A DNA stretch of 64,000 bases from a virus, in IMG/VR virus record IMGVR_UViG_3300042013_000045, positions 1 to 64,000 of that record; one strand, 5' to 3'. A program made the translations under genes and the position numbers. The notes under the pieces were generated by a model. The model was not told where the DNA came from. It made no database searches and saw nothing but the letters and a program-made list of their open reading frames with translations. This document shows positions 58,551-64,000 of this stretch, piece after piece; positions within the stretch are counted from its first letter, which is position 1, and the number at the start of each line of letters is the position of its first letter.

Positions 58551-58820
58551 CTAGATTGTAAGCGCTCGTTCGTTAACCAATTCGAGGAATCGCTTAGTGA
58601 CCGTTGGAAGATCACTATAATGTTCCGTCTCGACAGCGGTGTTGTAGTACTCATTGGCCACCCGCCATCCGTGGTTGATCTTAAGATGAGTAACCTCAAG
58701 GTCGTACACCGGTGATTCTCCGATGTGATCCATCTGTACGTTGATCGTACAGATCCCTCGGACAGCGCAAGCGTGTTTGTAATGGTGCAGTGGGATACGC
58801 GGTTCAGGTTCCAGACTCAT
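58551..58820 (-). CDS. hypothetical early protein (MSLEPEPRIP...)
   Basis: AGGAG RBS before ATG 58820, downstream of the promoter motif. Confidence 0.65.
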   Translation of the reverse strand: MSLEPEPRIPLHHYKHACAVRGICTINVQMDHIGESPVYDLEVTHLKINHGWRVANEYYNTAVETEHYSDLPTVTKRFLELVNERALTI

Positions 58821-58856
58821 GCTAGTCTCCTGAAGACTAAGGTTATTAGTTGTACT

Positions 58857-58883
58857 CACCGCAGTAATGTATTGCTGAAATAA
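58857..58883 (-). promoter_or_regulatory. putative early promoter TTATTTCAGCAATACATTACTGCGGTG
   Basis: Repeat of the motif at 689. Confidence 0.6.
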
Positions 58884-58892
58884 AGTCGATTC

Positions 58893-58941
58893 AAAGAAAG
58901 AAAAAGAAACCATGTCCAGAGCCGAAGCCCCAGACATGTTT
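58893..58941 (-). terminator. intrinsic terminator with TTCG loop
   Basis: Imperfect hairpin CATGTC...GACATG with a minus-strand T-rich tract. Confidence 0.6.
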
Positions 58942-58944
58942 ACG

Positions 58945-59214
58945 TCACTTGATGTGCATTCCAATCGCTTCAAGGAACTTCTCATTGACCTCCGCCGGGT
59001 CAGTGTAGAAATCGCTGAAGCTATCGGACTCGTAGTGCCCCAGTGTAAGCAAGCCTAACGTTGTAGCTGGGCGTTGTCGCATTGATCCCGTCTGGATCTC
59101 GTAGGTCACTGTTTCACCATCGACGATCTTGAACACGTCGATGGTGTACGTGACACCGTCATCGCCCTGATGTTGGTAATGGTGCAAGACTTTCTTTTCG
59201 TTTGGCTTAGGCAT
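58945..59214 (-). CDS. hypothetical early protein
   Basis: 89 aa with an AAGGGGA RBS. Confidence 0.65.
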   Translation of the reverse strand: MPKPNEKKVLHHYQHQGDDGVTYTIDVFKIVDGETVTYEIQTGSMRQRPATTLGLLTLGHYESDSFSDFYTDPAEVNEKFLEAIGMHIK

Positions 59215-59249
59215 GGATGTTCCCCTTGGGTTGATAGCTCAGGTTATAC

Positions 59250-59276
59250 CACATCTACAATGTAGGATTGAAACTT
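59250..59276 (-). promoter_or_regulatory. putative early promoter AAGTTTCAATCCTACATTGTAGATGTG
   Basis: Third copy of the motif. Confidence 0.55.
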
Positions 59277-59277
59277 A

Positions 59278-59502
59278 TTACAATAGACCATTCAGGCAGA
59301 GCAGGTGACGGCCCAACGGTGCAATGATGGAGAACGCCAAGCAGGCTCCCATCAACAGGATAGACGCTACCATGTTCATCGACAGGTAGAAGGTCTCTCC
59401 GTGCTTCATCTGTTCTTTCTTGCGTTTCTCCACAACGTAGAACGTGACCACTCCCATGATCAAGAACATCGTTGCGAAGAATAGAGGCAGGGCAGCCTGC
59501 AT
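59278..59502 (-). CDS. small membrane protein with two transmembrane segments
   Basis: Two hydrophobic segments around a KRKK loop. Confidence 0.55.
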   Translation of the reverse strand: MQAALPLFFATMFLIMGVVTFYVVEKRKKEQMKHGETFYLSMNMVASILLMGACLAFSIIAPLGRHLLCLNGLL

Positions 59503-59507
59503 GGAGT

Positions 59508-59756
59508 TTATCGTACAAACCATGGCTGCACCTCCACCCACATGAACACGAGCTGACCCACGGCCATCAGGATCATCGCGTTCTTGACTAAGTGGATGAT
59601 CTCCCACCACACCGAGTCAGCGGTAACACGATAGAGGCCACGACTGTTGCGCAGCTTCTCTTCCCGGTAGGCAGTCATGTAAGTGATCCGCCACACCGAG
59701 GCAAAATAGATAACTAAGAAGAGTACTGCGAAGACTACGATACGATCAAACGACAT
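59508..59756 (-). CDS. small membrane protein with two transmembrane segments
   Basis: MSFDRIVVFAVLFLVIYF... with an AAGGGG RBS. Confidence 0.6.
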   Translation of the reverse strand: MSFDRIVVFAVLFLVIYFASVWRITYMTAYREEKLRNSRGLYRVTADSVWWEIIHLVKNAMILMAVGQLVFMWVEVQPWFVR

Positions 59757-59980
59757 GTGTTTCCCCTTGTAAGCGCATAAGTGCACCCAGGAGCGACGGT
59801 GACTGTGCACCTGTCGCTTGCCTGGCATGCTCCGGGGCTATGTTTAGACGTCATCCCCTACATTATGGTCAGGGTTGGTTTTTATTTACCATTTCCCATC
59901 TATTACGTTAGCGAGGATTATCAACGACACCATCATAGCGCACAGTTGCAGCCAGACTACTGGGACGATTAAATGTTTCA

Positions 59981-60181
59981 TTAGAACACCACGTGAACAT
60001 GTCGCTGCATTAGCCGCACTGTACACACCAGTACGGTCATTGCCATGATGACAGTCATTACCCTTAGGCTACCAATGGCGTCGTAGTGCCCTACATACCG
60101 CGATTTGCGAATTACACCTATCCCTGAGAGCATTCCCCAGAGGTTTAGTGCTAACATAACGAGTAACCCAGGTGAACTCAT
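59981..60181 (-). CDS. small membrane protein
   Basis: Two hydrophobic segments and an AAGGA RBS. Confidence 0.45.
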   Translation of the reverse strand: MSSPGLLVMLALNLWGMLSGIGVIRKSRYVGHYDAIGSLRVMTVIMAMTVLVCTVRLMQRHVHVVF

Positions 60182-60387
60182 GACGCTATCCTTAGTTTGC
60201 TTACCTATAGTGATCTAGAAGGCTCATTGTAAAATACCTTATAGTGGTAGCTACGCTACAGAGAAGCATCAGAAGTCGTCGCTTAAGCTCCTCCGCTAGC
60301 GCATTGCCTACACTACGTTCCGTCAATGCTTTTTATAGCACCAATTTAATCATTCAGAGGATTAGCCCAGACAGGATAAATTAACGA

Positions 60388-60415
60388 ATAAGAAAGGAGG
60401 AGCCGAAGCTCCCCC
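60388..60415 (-). terminator. terminator after the portal-like gene
   Basis: GGGGGAGC-TTCG-GCTCCTCC followed by TTTCTTAT on the minus strand. Confidence 0.65.
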
Positions 60416-60427
60416 AATCCAAAGGTG

Positions 60428-63400
60428 TTACTCGTCTTTATCTTTGTCCTTCTCTTCCTTCTCCTTCTTCGCTTTCTCTTCAGCAGTCGCAGCCTTATCA
60501 GCGTCGTCCAATTCCTTAGCGTCAGGGATCTCCACGTTACTGGCAAGATCAGCGTCGTCAGGCATTGGTTCGTCTGGTTCAGTCATGGTGCTCAGAGCAG
60601 CAGCCGCGTCTACGGTCTCCTGGTGCTCCTCGGGAAGCTCTTTCTCTTCCGCAGGTACTTCAGGTTCTACCGGTTCAGCGTCAGGAGCAGGTTCCTCTTC
60701 AACAGGAGGCTCAGGCTCTACAGGCGGTTCTTCCACAACAGGTTCTACCGGAGTCTCCTCAGCAACAGCTTCAGGTTCTTCGGCAGGCGGCTCTTCAGCC
60801 GGAGGTGCTTCTACATCAGGCACTTCAACGTCCGGTACCTCTGCATCCGGTTCTGCTGGTGGCTCCTCTACAACAGGGGCGTCATCAGCTGGCGGTTCTT
60901 CAGCAACATCAGGTAGCGGTGTATCTGTACCCAGATCCAGATCATCAGCAGGTGGAACTTCTGCTGCTGGTGCAGCGTCAGCGTCGGGGATAGGAACATC
61001 CTCAACCGGTGGCACTTCAGCGTCTACCTCTGGAATGGCTGCATTGTCTACCGCAGGGACTTCCGCATCAACAGCTGCGAGGTCATCAGCAGGAGCCTCA
61101 ACATCCGCAGGAGCAGCGAAGGCATCTACTTCAGCATCAGCACCCGGTTCAGCAGCAGCGGCTGCGTCATCGACTCCTGGCTCGGCGAGAGGATCAGTTG
61201 CATCCAGGCCATCTGCACTTTCAGCCAGAGCAGGATCTGCGTTTGGATCTGCATCAAGGCCAAGTTCAGCATTAGGATCGTCCAGGCCAAGCCCGTCATC
61301 GACGCCAGTGCCATCATCCAAGCCATCGCCACCGAGAGCATTTGGATCGGTGACATCGCCCAACTCAGCGTTAGGATCACCCAAACCATCATCACCCAGC
61401 TCGCCCGTACCGTCAAGACCATCTGTTCCTCCAGGGTTGTTAGCCAGTTCCTTGAGCTTCTCGATTTCAGCGATTTTAGCCGCCTTCTTCTCTTTGCCCT
61501 TCAGAGCCGACTTCATGTACTTCATGAGTGTGTTAGTGAGGCCTTCCATGTGCTTCTCGCTGACTTCCATGAAGTTGAACGACGGTGCATCGTCCTCATC
61601 CATGGTGGAGAAGATGTCCACTTCAGACATGATGTTACGCTGACGCAACCAGCGACGTTGGAACTCGGCCATGACGTTCTTCTTGACTGCCGGGAGAATG
61701 TCTTCCACGCCGACGTTGGCGTCGGTGATGAACATCTCTTCGGACAAGTGAGCGTCGATGATCTTTTCCAGACCCGCAGTGTAGGCGTCGTAAGCTTCCA
61801 TTTGCTTGGCGATGTCGTTGATCTCAGGACGAGGCAGCGACACTTCCAACGCCATGAGGAACTCATGGATGAACTCATCGATACCAGCTGAGTCGCGTTC
61901 GCCTTTGACGAGGTACTTCTTGTTCTCTGACACGATGTCACGCAGGAGATCCAAGAGGATGCCTGAGTTCAGGGAGTACTGACGAACGAAGTCGCACAGG
62001 AACGGTTCCAGCTTGTCCTGGTTCTGGATCACGCGCTTCAACAACATGAGGTTCTTCTGCACAACCGTAGTCGCGAAGTCCGCCTCGTTGATCCCGTCAG
62101 CCATTTCAGCACTGAGGCCAAACACTTGAAAGTGACGGTCACGGAAGGTCTTCTCAATCTCGCTGTCGATTGTACGAGCAGTGCCATCACGGCTGGAGAC
62201 ATCGAACTTGGTTTCAGGGTAACGGGTGTTCCCTTCGACGACCACGTTCACGCCATGGTTCTGGATCTGATCCGCCAAGCCCAGCGGGTGCGTCTGACCA
62301 ATGATCCGGGCAAAGCCTTCGGAGTTGACCTTCGCGTGTTCGCTGAGCAAGAACTCAACGGTTTCAGCCGGGTTCTCATCCTTAGGATCAAGGGTGATGG
62401 TGATGGTCTTGCCACCAGCAGCGTTGTTGATCGTGGCCAGCGTGTTCGACAGCATCAGAGCAGCACGGATCGAACCAAGGATCTTGGCATCTTCCAGCAG
62501 GGATTTACCCACACCGTATTCGTTGTACTCGAATGCGATGTACGTCAGCATCTCGGCAGGGACGTACAGCATGATCGTCTTCTGGCCTTTGAGGTGACGC
62601 GAAAACATGACCTGGTTGATGTGATCGGTACGGCTGATATTGTACTCACCTTCCATCACACCAGCACGCAGACGAGACAGCAGGTCACTTTCGATGGTCT
62701 CGGAGTGAATGCGGGTCATCTCTTCGATGATCTCGTTGTTGAGCGTGCCTTGACCCTCATGGCCACGACGAGCGGTCTGCAACACTTGGCTGCTGAACTG
62801 GTCGTTGCCATTAAGCTGATTGCGGATGTCGTCGTAGTAGTTATCGTGAGCCGTTACGTTCAGCGGGTTGCCGTTGATATCAAGCAGCACGAAGTACGCC
62901 ACGTGTTCAGCCGGGTTACCCGGTACGTGGATCGGGATCACCGACTCAGGCGACAAATGCATGACCACAGGGTGACCGTAGGTATCAGCCCCCACTTGGG
63001 TCTTGGTCAACACTGGCTGCACGGGGATGTGCTTGTAACGACGCTGACTGTAGAAGGCAGACTCGACTTCGTTCAGCGTGGACATCTTCTTATCAGAAGA
63101 AGCTTCCATCGACGGTGCAGATTCAGACGACGCTGACAACGACACGCTCTTGCCATCGTAACGGACAGTTGCGCCAGTCAACGGTTTGGCAGAAGCAGGC
63201 TGGGTAGGCCGCGCAGTGCGATTCAAACCACCCCGCAACTTGCCACCGTAGATACGACGGATCGACAACTTACGCTTGGTCTCGAGCACCATCGGACGCT
63301 TCAGGATGTTGGCGTTGTCGGTGACCACGAAGTTCTTGTCGTGTTTGCCAGCGATCAGGTTAAGTGCGTCGCAAGCACTCTTACGAGCGATGTTCTTGCT

Positions 63401-64000
63401 GTCATTGCTTTCCATCGATGGGAACGCAACGTGACTGTACTTGGCGTACTCCTCCACCTTCAAGCTTTCGAAGGAGACACCCGCTTGACCCTTGACTTGC
63501 GAAGGGAAGCCCAAAGCACCCCATGGAACATAGACGCCATCTTGACCCACCTCTTCTTTAAGGTGGTTCTCCAACGACACAACCGCAGCTTCCAGCGAAG
63601 CGCCCTTGTACTGATCCGTGTTGATGATCTGATCGATAGACGACTCAGGCATAATCAGGATCGGATACGAACCTTTCTCGAACAACACGTCATTAAGAAT
63701 CTTCGGCAAAAGCTTCGTAATTCTATAGGTGTCATCAAAGAACGACTGGACCTCCCGCAGCATGGGGCCAGTAAGGTTTGTATCCAAGTCATCATTGTTG
63801 ACGGAGTAGATGACCTTGGTGTCAGTCAGATCACCGGGAGAAATGGTAGCCGAGACGATGATCTGTCTGGCGTAGTCCATGTCCGGCAACACTTGGAACA
63901 TGTTCCGCGCGTCATTGATGCTGGCAATCGTTTTGTTGGCAACATGACTCAGCACACGCTGGTCAGGAATCCGGATGTTTTGACTGCCGCGGGCTGTCCC
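60428..64000 (-). CDS. probable portal protein (phiKZ gp129-like), 5'-truncated, with a long acidic low-complexity C-tail
   Basis: Frame stays open to the window end. LPDMDYARQIIVSATISPGDL and GVGKSLLE segments recall the phiKZ-family portal. Internal SLE/SME sites. Confidence 0.6.
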   Translation of the reverse strand, partial: GTARGSQNIRIPDQRVLSHVANKTIASINDARNMFQVLPDMDYARQIIVSATISPGDLTDTKVIYSVNNDDLDTNLTGPMLREVQSFFDDTYRITKLLPKILNDVLFEKGSYPILIMPESSIDQIINTDQYKGASLEAAVVSLENHLKEEVGQDGVYVPWGALGFPSQVKGQAGVSFESLKVEEYAKYSHVAFPSMESNDSKNIARKSACDALNLIAGKHDKNFVVTDNANILKRPMVLETKRKLSIRRIYGGKLRGGLNRTARPTQPASAKPLTGATVRYDGKSVSLSASSESAPSMEASSDKKMSTLNEVESAFYSQRRYKHIPVQPVLTKTQVGADTYGHPVVMHLSPESVIPIHVPGNPAEHVAYFVLLDINGNPLNVTAHDNYYDDIRNQLNGNDQFSSQVLQTARRGHEGQGTLNNEIIEEMTRIHSETIESDLLSRLRAGVMEGEYNISRTDHINQVMFSRHLKGQKTIMLYVPAEMLTYIAFEYNEYGVGKSLLEDAKILGSIRAALMLSNTLATINNAAGGKTITITLDPKDENPAETVEFLLSEHAKVNSEGFARIIGQTHPLGLADQIQNHGVNVVVEGNTRYPETKFDVSSRDGTARTIDSEIEKTFRDRHFQVFGLSAEMADGINEADFATTVVQKNLMLLKRVIQNQDKLEPFLCDFVRQYSLNSGILLDLLRDIVSENKKYLVKGERDSAGIDEFIHEFLMALEVSLPRPEINDIAKQMEAYDAYTAGLEKIIDAHLSEEMFITDANVGVEDILPAVKKNVMAEFQRRWLRQRNIMSEVDIFSTMDEDDAPSFNFMEVSEKHMEGLTNTLMKYMKSALKGKEKKAAKIAEIEKLKELANNPGGTDGLDGTGELGDDGLGDPNAELGDVTDPNALGGDGLDDGTGVDDGLGLDDPNAELGLDADPNADPALAESADGLDATDPLAEPGVDDAAAAAEPGADAEVDAFAAPADVEAPADDLAAVDAEVPAVDNAAIPEVDAEVPPVEDVPIPDADAAPAAEVPPADDLDLGTDTPLPDVAEEPPADDAPVVEEPPAEPDAEVPDVEVPDVEAPPAEEPPAEEPEAVAEETPVEPVVEEPPVEPEPPVEEEPAPDAEPVEPEVPAEEKELPEEHQETVDAAAALSTMTEPDEPMPDDADLASNVEIPDAKELDDADKAATAEEKAKKEKEEKDKDKDE

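Noticed and set aside
60444-61643. Ser/Gly/Ala-rich plus-strand ORF
   Set aside because: Reverse complement of the acidic low-complexity tail.
1-64000. CRISPR arrays, tRNA or rRNA genes, IS elements
   Set aside because: No regularly spaced direct repeats, cloverleafs or transposases recognised by eye. tRNAscan-SE and Infernal on 59760-60420 would be the check.

Overview
This window looks like part of a phiKZ-like jumbo phage genome (Chimalliviridae-like). Orthology to phiKZ genes is from recognised motifs and gene order, not from a database search. The window holds internal head proteins with S/A/G-X-E cleavage sites, the prohead protease, three split subunits of the virion RNA polymerase, a giant tail protein with a lytic transglycosylase domain, UvsX, RNase H, SbcC, a spike plus PAAR tip, a candidate spanin pair, two repeat-rich tail-fibre genes, an endolysin, a block of small early-type genes and a probable portal with a long acidic tail. 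The most notable region is an ~12-kb island (44172-56052) between the fibre genes and the endolysin. It encodes six radical-SAM-type proteins, one JmjC/cupin oxygenase, three HxH-type Fe/2OG-like oxygenases, several unknown proteins and a 178-aa Gly/Asn-rich protein ending in CHTSCHDNCHCARGRR. I infer this is a phage-encoded RiPP-like protein-modification system, possibly maturing a tail-fibre tip or adhesin. Also visible are a three-copy early-promoter motif, candidate TATG late promoters and a family of related GC-rich palindromes at convergent gene junctions.
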